DNA of 64,000 nucleotides from an uncultured Planctomycetia bacterium (GTDB lineage: Bacteria; Omnitrophota; Gorgyraeia; 2-02-FULL-51-18): contig CAYSKO010000006.1 in NCBI GenBank assembly GCA_964431835.1, forward strand, positions 59,457 through 123,456, written 5' to 3'. The translations under genes were made by a program, and so were the position numbers. The stretch's first letter is position 1; each line of letters opens with the position of its first letter. A model generated the notes under the pieces. It made no database searches and had not been told where the DNA came from. It saw only the letters and a list, made by a program, of their open reading frames with translations. Shown here piece after piece: positions 22,412 to 31,701 of this stretch.

Positions 22412-23194
22412 ATGAAAACTCCGAGCGGCATCGTTTACGAAGACAACGGTCTCTCCGGCACGCCGGTGGTGTTCATCCACGGCTTTCCCTTCAACCGCCA
22501 CCTGTGGGACCCGCAGTTCGCGGCTCTGCGGAAGTCGCGTCGTGTCGTGACGTACGACGTGCGCGGGCACGGGGAGAGCGAGGAAGGGGACGGCCAGTAT
22601 TCGATCGAGCTTTTCGTGGACGACCTTTTCGCGCTGCTGGATCACCTTAAGATCGAGAAGGCGGTTCTCTGTGGGCTTTCGATGGGCGGCTACATCGCGC
22701 TTCGCGCGGCCGAGCGCGAACCCGCGCGCGTGGCGGGGCTCGTTCTCGCCGACACCAAAAGCGAGCCGGATGGCAACGAGGCGAAGCTGAAGAGGTTCAA
22801 GACGATGGATCTCGTGAAGCGGCTGGGAGTCGAGAAGTTCGCCGACGACTTCGTGGATTCGGTGGTGGGCGCGACCACGCTCAAGAAAAACCACGCGCTC
22901 GTGGACGAGGTCGCGAAACTCGTGCGCGGGAACTCCGCGAACGCGGTCGCGGGCACGCTCCTCGCGCTCGCGGCGCGCACCGACACGACACCCGCCTTAG
23001 GCAAGATGAAATTCCCCGTTCTTCTCCTCGTGGGGGCCGAGGATAAGCTCACGCCGCCGGCGGCGTCGGAAGCGATGCAGAAACTGCTCCCACAGGCCGA
23101 GCTCCACGTGATCCCCGGCGCGGGGCACCTCTCGAATCTCGAAAACGCGCCCGCGTTCAACGAGAAGCTCACGGCGTTCCTGGGGAGGTTCTAA
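22412..23194 (+). CDS. alpha/beta hydrolase (enol-lactonase-like)
   Basis: FIHGFP, YDVRGHG, GLSMGG nucleophile elbow, GAEDKLTP, AGHLSNLE. Confidence 0.88.
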   Translation: MKTPSGIVYEDNGLSGTPVVFIHGFPFNRHLWDPQFAALRKSRRVVTYDVRGHGESEEGDGQYSIELFVDDLFALLDHLKIEKAVLCGLSMGGYIALRAAEREPARVAGLVLADTKSEPDGNEAKLKRFKTMDLVKRLGVEKFADDFVDSVVGATTLKKNHALVDEVAKLVRGNSANAVAGTLLALAARTDTTPALGKMKFPVLLLVGAEDKLTPPAASEAMQKLLPQAELHVIPGAGHLSNLENAPAFNEKLTAFLGRF

Positions 23195-23196
23195 AA

Positions 23197-23553
23197 GTGA
23201 CCGGACCCGTCTGGTTCGTGTTCAAAATGCTTTTTTCGGGCGCGGTCATCGCGTTCGCCTCGTCGCTCGCGGGAAAGAAGCCCGTGCTCGCGGGGTTCAT
23301 CATCGCGCTCCCCATGATGTCGATGATGAGCCTCCTCTTCATGTACGCGGAGTACCGCGACATGGCGAAGGCGAACACGTTCGCGCTCTCGGTGCTCGCG
23401 GCCGTGCCGCTCTCGCTTCTTTTCTTCCTGCCGTTCGTTTTGCACCGCTGGATGAAGCTCGGATTCGGGGCGACGTACCTGGCGGGAATCGTCTGCGTGA
23501 CGCTCGGCTATCTCGCGCACTCTCTGCTCGCGAAACGGTTTTTTCTCCAGTAG
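23197..23553 (+). CDS. small membrane protein (DUF3147-like)
   Basis: Four hydrophobic segments; K...SG.VIAFAS.LAGK.P.LAGFIIALP. Confidence 0.65.
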   Translation: MTGPVWFVFKMLFSGAVIAFASSLAGKKPVLAGFIIALPMMSMMSLLFMYAEYRDMAKANTFALSVLAAVPLSLLFFLPFVLHRWMKLGFGATYLAGIVCVTLGYLAHSLLAKRFFLQ

Positions 23554-23626
23554 CCTCGCCGATCCGGTCTTTTTTTTCGGTGTCGGTTGTGGTAAAATAG
23601 AACTCATTCCGATCCACCTCTACCCC

Positions 23627-24109
23627 ATGATCGATATCTCCAAAATAACGGACCATCTGTACGTCGGCTCGAAAGTTGGGTCGGACCACGCCGAAGAACT
23701 GAAGCTTCTGAACTTCGGCCTGATCATCTCCATGATCGGACAGTCCGCGCCGCACGAGATCTACATGCTGCCTCCGTTCAAGACGATCTGGATCCGCGCG
23801 TACGACACTTTCTTCACGCCCATTTCCCTGAAACAGCTCCAAAGCGGCGTCGACGCGGCGTTGCCCGTGATCCACGGCGGCGGAAAGGTGCTCGTTTTCT
23901 GCCTACAGGGGAGGCGTCGCAGCGTGACGATGGCAGCCGCGATCCTGATCGCCCTCGGCGCTTCCGCCGACGAGGCCACGGAGCTCCTCGTGAAAGCGCG
24001 CAAGGTCGCCGACCCGCGCCGTTGGTATGTCCGGCATAAAATCCATGAATTCGAAAAATACTGGCGGGGCTCGAACCCCGCTCCCCTTCCAGGAGGCACC
24101 CTCAAGTGA
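23627..24109 (+). CDS. dual-specificity (CX5R) phosphatase
   Basis: SKITDHLYVG N-terminus, KVLVFCLQGRRRS P-loop. Confidence 0.85.
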   Translation: MIDISKITDHLYVGSKVGSDHAEELKLLNFGLIISMIGQSAPHEIYMLPPFKTIWIRAYDTFFTPISLKQLQSGVDAALPVIHGGGKVLVFCLQGRRRSVTMAAAILIALGASADEATELLVKARKVADPRRWYVRHKIHEFEKYWRGSNPAPLPGGTLK

Positions 24110-25062
24110 TTACCCCCGTTAAGAAGCTTAAAACGGTCCACGTGATCGTCAATCCTATCGCGGGAAAAAAGAAAGAGTCCACGCCCGAAGTCATCCGCGA
24201 GGCGATGGAACGCGCGGGAATCGTGGTTGTTCTTTCCACCACCGAGGGAGCCGGCGACGCGCTGCGCTTCGCGAAGGAAGCGGTGGAGAGCGGCGCGGAC
24301 GCGGTGGCGGTCTGCGGCGGAGACGGGACCGTTCTCGAGGTCGGCAACGGTCTCGTGGAGTCGGACATCCCGCTCTTGATCCTGCCCGGCGGCTCGGCGA
24401 ACGTACTCGCGACTGAGTTGGGAATCCCGAAAAGTGTCGAGGAGGCGTGCGGAATTCTCGCCGAGAGCCGCTACGAAATTCGCAGCATCGACGCGGCTCG
24501 GTTTCATAAGGGGTGTTTCTTCGGCCGCGCGGCGCTCGGTTTCGAGGCCGACATGGTCCGGAGCGCCGACCGCAAAACGAAGAACCGCTTCGGGGTTCTT
24601 GCGTATTTCGTCGCCGGCCTGCGTGCGCTGAAGAAGCTGCGGCTCGCCGAATACACGATCCGTATCGACGGCGAGGATTATTTCACGCGCGGGCTCACCT
24701 GCATCGTCACAAACGCGGGGAACTTGGGTTTCAGCCGCGTCTCGCTCGACAAGAACGTCGACGTCTCGGACGGGCTTCTCGACGTCATCGTCGTCAAGAA
24801 GGCGAGCCTCGGTCTCGTCGGCCACATCGCCGCGACGTTTTGGCGGGGCGAACGGGCCGACAACTGGGACCTCGTCGCGCATTGGCAGGGGAAGGACATC
24901 CACGTGACCTCCAAACCCCGGCAAAGGCTCGAGTGCGACGGCGAAATGTTCGACAATGCCCCTTTTCACGCGCAGGTAATCGCGGGCGGGCTCCGGATGG
25001 TCGTCCCCAAGGCCGCTCCGAAGCTCGAGGAAACGCCGGCCGTCGCCGATGCCGCCGTCTGA
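24106..25062 (+). CDS. diacylglycerol/lipid kinase family (YegS/DgkB-like)
   Basis: IVNPIAG, CGGDGTV.EV.NG, LPGGSANVLA, DGLLDV, CDGE. Confidence 0.9.
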   Translation: MITPVKKLKTVHVIVNPIAGKKKESTPEVIREAMERAGIVVVLSTTEGAGDALRFAKEAVESGADAVAVCGGDGTVLEVGNGLVESDIPLLILPGGSANVLATELGIPKSVEEACGILAESRYEIRSIDAARFHKGCFFGRAALGFEADMVRSADRKTKNRFGVLAYFVAGLRALKKLRLAEYTIRIDGEDYFTRGLTCIVTNAGNLGFSRVSLDKNVDVSDGLLDVIVVKKASLGLVGHIAATFWRGERADNWDLVAHWQGKDIHVTSKPRQRLECDGEMFDNAPFHAQVIAGGLRMVVPKAAPKLEETPAVADAAV

Positions 25063-25141
25063 TTCGGCGCACTCTGGCGGCGCTCGTGCGGGCGTACTCG
25101 CAGTGGAAGTGAAGACCGCGTCGCAAGACCACAAGAACACG

Positions 25142-25501
25142 ATGAAGGAGATCGTGCGCTACTGTCTCGTGACTCCGTTCGTCGGTCTCGTGGATTTCGG
25201 GACCTATTACGGCGCGCAGCACGTGATGCCTCTCGCCGCGGCCAAGGCGCTCTCTTTCGCGGCGGCGGCCGTCACGGGGTATCTTCTTAACAAGCACGTC
25301 ACGTTCGCGAAGCACCGGTCTTCTCCGGCGGAGGCCGCCCGGTATCTCGTCATCCAGTTCTCCCTGCTGGCGTTCAACGTCGCCACGAATCACGCCGCGC
25401 TTCTCCTTTCTTCGGGCCGCGTGTGGGAATCGATGCTCACGGCGTCGCTCCTGACGGCCGTCTTGAGCTTCATCTGCAAGAAGTGGTGGGTTTTCCGGTA
25501 A
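25142..25501 (+). CDS. GtrA family membrane protein
   Basis: EIVRYCLV..VDF, YLLNKHVTF, SFICKKWWVFR C-terminus; start uncertain. Confidence 0.8.
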   Translation: MKEIVRYCLVTPFVGLVDFGTYYGAQHVMPLAAAKALSFAAAAVTGYLLNKHVTFAKHRSSPAEAARYLVIQFSLLAFNVATNHAALLLSSGRVWESMLTASLLTAVLSFICKKWWVFR

Positions 25502-25518
25502 CGTTGTAGAATGGGCGC

Positions 25519-26295
25519 ATGAATCCCGTCACGGTCATCGCCCGAAGCAAGGCCAAGCCCGGTTTCGAGCCCGTGCTCGAAGCGGTGATTCGCGCCGCCG
25601 TCACGCCGACGCACGCGGAAGAAGGCTGTCTCAAGTACTCCTTTCAGCGCTGCCTCGAAGACCCCTCCTCGTACGTGATCGTCGAAAAGTGGACCTCGAA
25701 GGAGGCGCTCGACCTCCACCTGACCTCTCCCCATATCGCCGAACTTTTCTCCAAACTGCCCGACCTCCTCGCGGGCCCCCCTGAAATCCAGCTGTTCGAG
25801 TCGCTCGACGCCGGGGATCCGGAGAAAGCGGATATCGTCTCGAAGTACACGACGTTCGTCTATCCCGTCTATGTCCTGGGCACGCCCGAAAAAGTGTGGC
25901 AGGCGCTCGTGGATCCCGATCTGACGGAGAAGTATTTTTTCGGCCGCCGGGTCGAATCGTCCTGGAGGGTAGGCACGCCGATCAACTTCTGGGAAGCGCC
26001 GGGCAAGCGGGACGTTTTCGGAAAAATCCTGAAGTGCGAGCCGGGCAAAACGCTCTCCTACACGTTCGAACACGATCAGGACACGCTGCCGCGCGAAAAA
26101 TCGACCGTCGCGACGTTCGAGCTCTCCGCCGTAGGAAATGCGACGCGTCTGCGCCTGGTGCATGAACACCTTCTCCCGCGCGACGTCGAATTGAACCCGC
26201 ACGCGTTCCTCGGCGTCAACAACGGCTGGCCCGCGATCCTTTCGAACCTGAAGAACGTCGTCGAGACGGGCAAAAGCCTCGAATTCGGAAGCTGA
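25519..26295 (+). CDS. ABM (antibiotic biosynthesis monooxygenase)-SRPBCC fusion protein
   Basis: N-half KPG...T.AEEGCLKY...EKWTS..ALD.H..SPH; C-half TPEKVWQAL.DPDLT.KYFFG...GWPAILSNLK..VETG. Confidence 0.82.
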   Translation: MNPVTVIARSKAKPGFEPVLEAVIRAAVTPTHAEEGCLKYSFQRCLEDPSSYVIVEKWTSKEALDLHLTSPHIAELFSKLPDLLAGPPEIQLFESLDAGDPEKADIVSKYTTFVYPVYVLGTPEKVWQALVDPDLTEKYFFGRRVESSWRVGTPINFWEAPGKRDVFGKILKCEPGKTLSYTFEHDQDTLPREKSTVATFELSAVGNATRLRLVHEHLLPRDVELNPHAFLGVNNGWPAILSNLKNVVETGKSLEFGS

Positions 26296-26305
26296 CGTTC
26301 GTCGC

Positions 26306-26884
26306 ATGAGCCGCTGCCCCTGGCCCGCCGAAGATCCTCTTATGCTGGAGTACCACGACCGCGAGTGGGGCGTTCCGCTCCACGCCGACCGGCGGCTCTT
26401 CGAATTCCTGGTGCTCGAGACGATGCAGGCGGGGCTTTCCTGGCGCTGCGTGCTTCACAAGCGGGAGAATTTCAGGAAGGCGTACGAGGGGTTCGACCCT
26501 GAGAAGGTCGCGCGCTACGGGGCGGCGAAGACGAAGGCGCTCCTTGCGAACGCCGGAATCATCCGGAACCGCTTGAAGATCGCAGCTTCGATCACGAACG
26601 CACGGGCGTTCCTCGAAATCCGCGAGGAAGAGGGTTCGTTCGATTCCTACGTCTGGAAATTCACGGGCGGGAAACCGGTCGTGAACCGCTGGAAGACGGT
26701 GAAAGAGATTCCGGCCACGACCAAAGAATCGGACGCGCTTTCGAAGGATTTAAAGGCGAGGGGATTTCGTTTCGTCGGTTCGACCGTCTGCTACGCGCAC
26801 ATGCAGGCGACCGGAATGGTGAACGATCATCTCGTCTCGTGCTTTCGTCACGCGGACTGCGCGAAATCGATCACGAAGCGGTAA
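26306..26884 (+). CDS. tag: DNA-3-methyladenine glycosylase I
   Basis: RCPW, YHDREWGVP, QAGLSW, GIIRNRLKI, QATGMVNDHLVSC. Confidence 0.95.
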   Translation: MSRCPWPAEDPLMLEYHDREWGVPLHADRRLFEFLVLETMQAGLSWRCVLHKRENFRKAYEGFDPEKVARYGAAKTKALLANAGIIRNRLKIAASITNARAFLEIREEEGSFDSYVWKFTGGKPVVNRWKTVKEIPATTKESDALSKDLKARGFRFVGSTVCYAHMQATGMVNDHLVSCFRHADCAKSITKR

Positions 26885-27927
26885 CGCACGTCGCTCTTCA
26901 CGGTCCGTTCGAACGCCTCGTCGATGCGTTCGGGCGAAACCACCTCTACGTCCGCCGAAATTCCCGCCGCCGCACAAAAATCGAGCATTTCCTGCGTCTC
27001 CCGGATGCCTCCGATCAGAGAACCCGCGAGCTTCCGGCGCCGCATGACGAGTGCGGACGCGTCGACCGGGGTCGGGTCGGGGATTCCGACGAGCACCATC
27101 GTGCAGTCGCGTTTCAAGAGCCGCAGATACGCGTTGTAGTCGTGCGTCGCCGAGACGGTGTCGAGAAGGAAGTCGAAACGACCCGCGTTCCGCGCGAACG
27201 GATCCGCTTCCTCGGACGTGCCTCCCTCGGATTTCACGGATTTCGTCGCGATGAAATCGTCGGCGCCCAGGCGGAACGCGTCGGCGCGCTTGGAAGGGGA
27301 GTGGCTGAGGACCGTGACGCGCGCTCCCATGGCCTTGGCGATCTTCACCCCCATGTGCCCGAGCCCGCCCAGGCCCACAATACCGATCTCCTGACCCTTC
27401 TTCACGCCGTAGCGTTTGAGCGGCGAGTAGGTCGTGATCCCGGCGCAGAGAAGCGGGGCGGCCCCTTCGAGCGGCAGTCCCGCGGGGATTCGGAGGACGA
27501 AATCCTCGTTCACTGTCATCCGCGCCGAATAGCCGCCGTACGTGGGCGTCTTGCCGTCGCGTTCGAAGCTGTTGTAAGTGAACGACGGCTTGTTCGCGCA
27601 AAACTGCTCTTCGCCGTCGCCGCACGCTTCGCAGGTGCGACAGGAATCTACCATGCACCCGACGCCCACGACGTCTCCCGCGCGCCATTTCGTGACGGCC
27701 GCGCCGACGCCCGACACCTTCCCGACGATCTCGTGGCCGGGAACCATCGGAAAAATGCCGCCGCCCCACTCGTCGCGGGCCTGGTGGATGTCCGAATGGC
27801 AGATGCCGCAGTAAAGGACGTCGATCGAAACGTCCCGGGGGCCGGGTGAGCGCCGTTCGACGACGTGTCGGACGAACGGGCCGTTCGGAGTCAGGACCGC
27901 GTAAGCGTGGGTTGGGAGAGTCGGCAT
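26848..27927 (-). CDS. Zn-dependent NAD(P) alcohol dehydrogenase (cinnamyl-ADH/YahK type)
   Basis: YCGICHSD, PGHEIVG, four-Cys structural Zn site, APLLCAGITTYSPL, GLGGLGH, DVRYRFVID. Confidence 0.93.
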   Translation of the reverse strand: MPTLPTHAYAVLTPNGPFVRHVVERRSPGPRDVSIDVLYCGICHSDIHQARDEWGGGIFPMVPGHEIVGKVSGVGAAVTKWRAGDVVGVGCMVDSCRTCEACGDGEEQFCANKPSFTYNSFERDGKTPTYGGYSARMTVNEDFVLRIPAGLPLEGAAPLLCAGITTYSPLKRYGVKKGQEIGIVGLGGLGHMGVKIAKAMGARVTVLSHSPSKRADAFRLGADDFIATKSVKSEGGTSEEADPFARNAGRFDFLLDTVSATHDYNAYLRLLKRDCTMVLVGIPDPTPVDASALVMRRRKLAGSLIGGIRETQEMLDFCAAAGISADVEVVSPERIDEAFERTVKSDVRYRFVIDFAQSA

Positions 27928-27988
27928 AGAAAGAACTTATAACATATTCCATTAGAGGTGCATTAAAATAGCATTAAAAGGAGCGGCC

Positions 27989-28549
27989 GTGCTTTTAGCG
28001 TTCCACAAGCCTTTCGGGGTTCTTTCCCAGTTTACGAAACAGGCGCCCGATCACTTGACGCTCGCCGAGTTTGGGTTCCCGGAAGACGTGTACCCGATCG
28101 GACGCCTCGATTCGGACAGCGAGGGCCTTCTCCTTTTGAGCGACGAGCCGGAATGGAACGACTGGCTGCTCAATCCCCGGCACGCGCACGAGCGCACGTA
28201 CCACGCGCAGGTGGAAGGGGTGGCGGTCGAAGAGGCGATGGCGAAGTTGCGGTTGGGAGTCGCGATTCAGGATTGGAAGACGAAGCCCTGCAAGGCGCGT
28301 CTCCTGGAGGATCCGGGCCATCCGCCGCGGAGCGTTCCCATTCGCTTCCGTAAAGCCATTCCGACGAGTTGGATCGAATTGACGCTCATCGAAGGAAAGA
28401 ATCGGCAGGTGCGTAAAATGACCGCGGCCGTGGGGTTTCCCACGCTCCGGCTCATTCGGGTCGCGATGAACGGTCTGCCGCTCGACCTCGCCGCCGGAAA
28501 GTGGCGGGAGCTGGGGATTCCGGAACGCGAAATACTGCTCAAGTCATAA
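27989..28549 (+). CDS. pseudouridine synthase, RluE-like
   Basis: FHKPFGVLSQF, GRLDSDSEGLLLL, EGKNRQVRKMTAAVGFPTLRLIR; no S4 domain. Confidence 0.9.
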   Translation: MLLAFHKPFGVLSQFTKQAPDHLTLAEFGFPEDVYPIGRLDSDSEGLLLLSDEPEWNDWLLNPRHAHERTYHAQVEGVAVEEAMAKLRLGVAIQDWKTKPCKARLLEDPGHPPRSVPIRFRKAIPTSWIELTLIEGKNRQVRKMTAAVGFPTLRLIRVAMNGLPLDLAAGKWRELGIPEREILLKS

Positions 28550-28561
28550 AAGGAGAACGCG

Positions 28562-29317
28562 ATGAACGAAGGCTGGAACGGCAATCCCTGGATCGAATCG
28601 TTCGTAAGGCCCCGCCGGGCGCTCGAGAAGCTCCGTGACGGCGGTTTCACCGAGGCGCAGGCGTTCGGCCTCTACTTCCTGGGTTCGCTGGCGAGCGCGG
28701 CCGCCGGTGTGATGTTCCCGGACACCAGCGATTTTCGCTTCGGTGTGCCGGGCTTCGCTGCGGCGCACGTTTTTTCGCTCGTTCTTTATTGGCCGATGTC
28801 TTACGCGCTTCTGGCCGGAGTGAAGCTTTTCCGGGGGAACGCGACTTCGAAGGAAATCCGGCTTTTTCTGGGATGGACGCTCCTGCCGGATTTTTTGTGC
28901 GTGCTGCTTTTCCTTCCGCTTTTCGTTCTGAAGACGATGGGCGTGCTGACGGCGGCGGGATCCGTGCTCATCGTCATCGGGCTCATCAAAACGTTCATCC
29001 AGTTCTACAAGATCGTGTTGTCGGTGATCGGTCTTTCAGCTATCGGCCGCTTTTCCAAGCTCAAGTCGACTGCGAGCCTGCTTCTGGGCGCAATCCTCGT
29101 GATGGGGCCGCTTCTTTTGCTGCGGCCGGTGCTCGAGAAGCCCATCGGTGCGCTTCTGGGCAAATACGACACCGCCCCGGCTGCCGCGCCCGAGCTTTCC
29201 GCTCCGCCCGCGCCCGGCGAATTGCCGTCCGTGCCCACTCTGGCGACCCCTGCAGCGCCGTCCGCGGCTCCCGCAGCAAACCCGGCGCCCCCCGCGGCCC
29301 CGGAGGGGTCCGTCTAG
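28562..29317 (+). CDS. Yip1-domain membrane protein with Pro/Ala-rich tail
   Basis: NPW...VRPR, G.A...EIR..LGW..LP, five TM segments. Confidence 0.7.
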   Translation: MNEGWNGNPWIESFVRPRRALEKLRDGGFTEAQAFGLYFLGSLASAAAGVMFPDTSDFRFGVPGFAAAHVFSLVLYWPMSYALLAGVKLFRGNATSKEIRLFLGWTLLPDFLCVLLFLPLFVLKTMGVLTAAGSVLIVIGLIKTFIQFYKIVLSVIGLSAIGRFSKLKSTASLLLGAILVMGPLLLLRPVLEKPIGALLGKYDTAPAAAPELSAPPAPGELPSVPTLATPAAPSAAPAANPAPPAAPEGSV

Positions 29318-29377
29318 AATTTTGCTTCCCATCCGCCCGCGGCAGGGTACAATAGGGGGCTAACAAAGGATGAATCC

Positions 29378-29518
29378 ATGAGACCTCAAGGCAACAACAT
29401 GTTCCGGAACCACGAGACGAAGAAAGAGAAGCCCACGCAGAACGACAAGCTGTACAACTACATCCAAAAGATGAAGCGTCAGCAGGCCGCCGCCAGCCAG
29501 AAGAAGGCCTCCGCTTAA
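29378..29518 (+). CDS. 46-aa basic small protein
   Basis: Not in ORF track; MRPQGNNMFRNHETKKEKPTQNDKLYNYIQKMKRQQAAASQKKASA, AAGGA SD, TACAAT upstream, terminator downstream. Confidence 0.7.
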   Translation: MRPQGNNMFRNHETKKEKPTQNDKLYNYIQKMKRQQAAASQKKASA

Positions 29519-29532
29519 GCTCGTTCTCTCCG

Positions 29533-29573
29533 AAAAACCAAAGCAGGCCCCCTGGCCCGCTTTGGTTTTTTTA
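29533..29573 (+). terminator. intrinsic terminator (possibly bidirectional)
   Basis: AAAAACCAAAGC / GCTTTGGTTTTT stem with T tail. Confidence 0.8.
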
Positions 29574-29676
29574 TTCCCGATCCACCGAGATTGGTTTCTT
29601 TTAATGCCTTTCTAATCCAACGCTAATCGCCCGGCTGTATCATACCCTACTCGACAAAAAATCAAACGGGGGCATC

Positions 29677-30819
29677 ATGAAGAAGCCGGGTTTTATCCTT
29701 TTTTTAGCGGGCGTGTTCTTTTTCTCTACTTCTGAAAATCTTTTATCAGCGGCGAGTTCGACCGAAGATCGTCCGACCGGGCCGGACGGTTTTACGGTCG
29801 CCCAAGAAAAAAGCCGCAACGCGGCGGTCGCGTTTTCCGAGATGCAGCCGGGCGCGCCTTCCGGAAACCTGCCGGCGCAGCCTGAGCCCGGCGTCGTCCC
29901 TCTGCCGGCCAAGGGTTCTTTCGCGAATCCAGGACGCCTCTTCTCGCCGAGCTCGTTTTGGAACGCCGCCCTCGCTCCGGGTCGGAAACTAAATCCCAAT
30001 TCCGCGGCGCTCGTCGGGGAGCTCGTGGCGAAGACCAAGTTAGGGGTGCCGCTCCTGCAGAACCGCAAGCACGGCACACCGCTCTTTTTCGTGAACGACC
30101 AAACGCCGAAAGCGCCGGTGTCGGTAATCACGCCCGCCGGCGTCCTTTTGAAGGACTCCAAGCTTCACGCCGAGTTCCGGAAGGGGGTCCCGATCCCCGC
30201 GAATATCGCGGAAGCCGCCGGAAACGACGGTCTGCCCACGATCCTGAACGTCGATACTGGGAAGCTTTACGAATTCCGGCGGCTCGAAAAGAAGAACGGC
30301 CAGTGGCGGACGAGCTGGGGTGGGATCATCGACGACGTAAAGTCCTCGAACGGCGTGATGCCGATCGTGAAGAATCCGGTCGGCAGGTCCGAGAAGTGGG
30401 GCGCGACGGCCTCAGGCCTTCCGGCGATCGGCGGGACCATCCTCCTGCACGAGTTGAAAAGCGGGAAGATCCCGCACGCCCTCTCTCTGGCGATTCCGTA
30501 CCCGAAGAACTCCTTCGTGTGGCCCGCCGCGCGCGCCGACGGAGGCATCCCGAAGGCGAGCGGCATCCCCGAGGGCTTGCGTTTCCGCCTGCCGAAAAAC
30601 ACCGCGATCGATCCGAAATGGAGCCCCCTCATCCAGATGATGGTCGCGGCCGCGCGGGATTACGGGATCGTGGTGAGCGACGCCGCCGCCTCCGTGACGT
30701 TCTTCGGCGAGGATCCCACTCCGTACGGCGGCGACCCGTACCGGCCGTACTACGGCGGTCTCCAGGCATGGGACGTGATGGAGCAGTTCCCGTTCGGGAA
30801 GCTGCAGGCGCTGGCTTAA
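29677..30819 (+). CDS. secreted hypothetical protein
   Basis: Signal peptide MKKPGFILFLAGVFFFS; FSPSSFWN, WGATASGLPAIGG, IPHAL, IPEGLRFRL, YGIVV.D conserved-looking blocks. Confidence 0.7.
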   Translation: MKKPGFILFLAGVFFFSTSENLLSAASSTEDRPTGPDGFTVAQEKSRNAAVAFSEMQPGAPSGNLPAQPEPGVVPLPAKGSFANPGRLFSPSSFWNAALAPGRKLNPNSAALVGELVAKTKLGVPLLQNRKHGTPLFFVNDQTPKAPVSVITPAGVLLKDSKLHAEFRKGVPIPANIAEAAGNDGLPTILNVDTGKLYEFRRLEKKNGQWRTSWGGIIDDVKSSNGVMPIVKNPVGRSEKWGATASGLPAIGGTILLHELKSGKIPHALSLAIPYPKNSFVWPAARADGGIPKASGIPEGLRFRLPKNTAIDPKWSPLIQMMVAAARDYGIVVSDAAASVTFFGEDPTPYGGDPYRPYYGGLQAWDVMEQFPFGKLQALA

Positions 30820-30866
30820 GCGGCGGGGCTTCTGGCCCAGCCTTTTTTTTGTTACAATGGCTCCCG

Positions 30867-31163
30867 GTGCTTCCTTCCAGCGTACGAACGTTCCTGGCCG
30901 GGGTGAAGAGCGAGCTTAAGACCTACCGGCTCGTCCTCGAGCACCCCCGTACCCCCAAACGGGCCAAATGGCTTTTGGGGTTCGCCCTCGCTTACGTCGC
31001 TTCTCCGATCGACCTCATCCCAGACTTCATTCCCGTTCTCGGCCAGCTGGACGACTGGGCGGTTGCCGTTTTTCTCGTGCGATCCGCTCTCAAAATGATC
31101 CCTCCGGGAGTATTCGAGGAATGCCGGGCGAAAGCCTGCGCCATCGAGACCGGCGGTTCTTAA
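30867..31163 (+). CDS. YkvA/DUF1232 membrane protein
   Basis: HPRTP..AK, YVASPIDLIPDFIPVLGQLDD; GTG start 8 nt after TACAAT. Confidence 0.85.
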   Translation: MLPSSVRTFLAGVKSELKTYRLVLEHPRTPKRAKWLLGFALAYVASPIDLIPDFIPVLGQLDDWAVAVFLVRSALKMIPPGVFEECRAKACAIETGGS

Positions 31164-31230
31164 CACAAAATTAACTCGCCCCCGTGTCGTTGGAGGCTAT
31201 AATCGAAGGCGGAAAAGAGGAAGGTCTTCG

Positions 31231-31701
31231 ATGATTCTCGAAAAAATTCAGTCTCTGCTTCGGAAGCGCTCGTTTCTGAGCGTGGCCACGGCCAGCAAGA
31301 ACTGCGAGCCACACGCGGCTCCGAAGTTCGTTTTGAAGCTGTCCGAGGGAGATCTATTCCTCATCGACTACGCGATCGCCAAGACCGCCGAGAACATCCG
31401 CGCGAACCCGCGCGTCTCGGTGTCGTTCATGGACTTGGACGAACTCGAGGGTTACCGGCTGAGCGGCCCGGCCTCGCTCGTCGAAGACGGCCCGGAGCAC
31501 GAGGTGCTTCTCAAGGAATTCGACCAGAGGCTCCTCAAACTCTCGGCGGACCGTTTCATTGAGGGCATGAAGAGCGGCAAGCAGACCGGGCACTACGAGC
31601 TTGAGATCCCGAACAAGGTCATCGTGATCAAAGTCAAAGTGGACGAGGTCGTCCGCATCGGACGGCAAGGCGAACTTTTCAAGGAGAAACCCGGAATATG
31701 A
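31231..31701 (+). CDS. pyridoxamine 5'-phosphate oxidase-like FMN-binding protein
   Basis: VATAS...PHAAPK, KT.ENIRANPRVS; GAGG SD. Confidence 0.78.
   Translation: MILEKIQSLLRKRSFLSVATASKNCEPHAAPKFVLKLSEGDLFLIDYAIAKTAENIRANPRVSVSFMDLDELEGYRLSGPASLVEDGPEHEVLLKEFDQRLLKLSADRFIEGMKSGKQTGHYELEIPNKVIVIKVKVDEVVRIGRQGELFKEKPGI

Noticed and set aside
26848-26884. Convergent 3' overlaps (tag/adh; also dxs and the 59197 gene)
   Set aside because: Short tail overlaps are common in compact high-GC genomes; no evidence of function.
29170-29312. Pro/Ala low-complexity repeats at the end of the Yip1 gene
   Set aside because: An ordinary disordered protein tail, with no exact nucleotide repeat unit.
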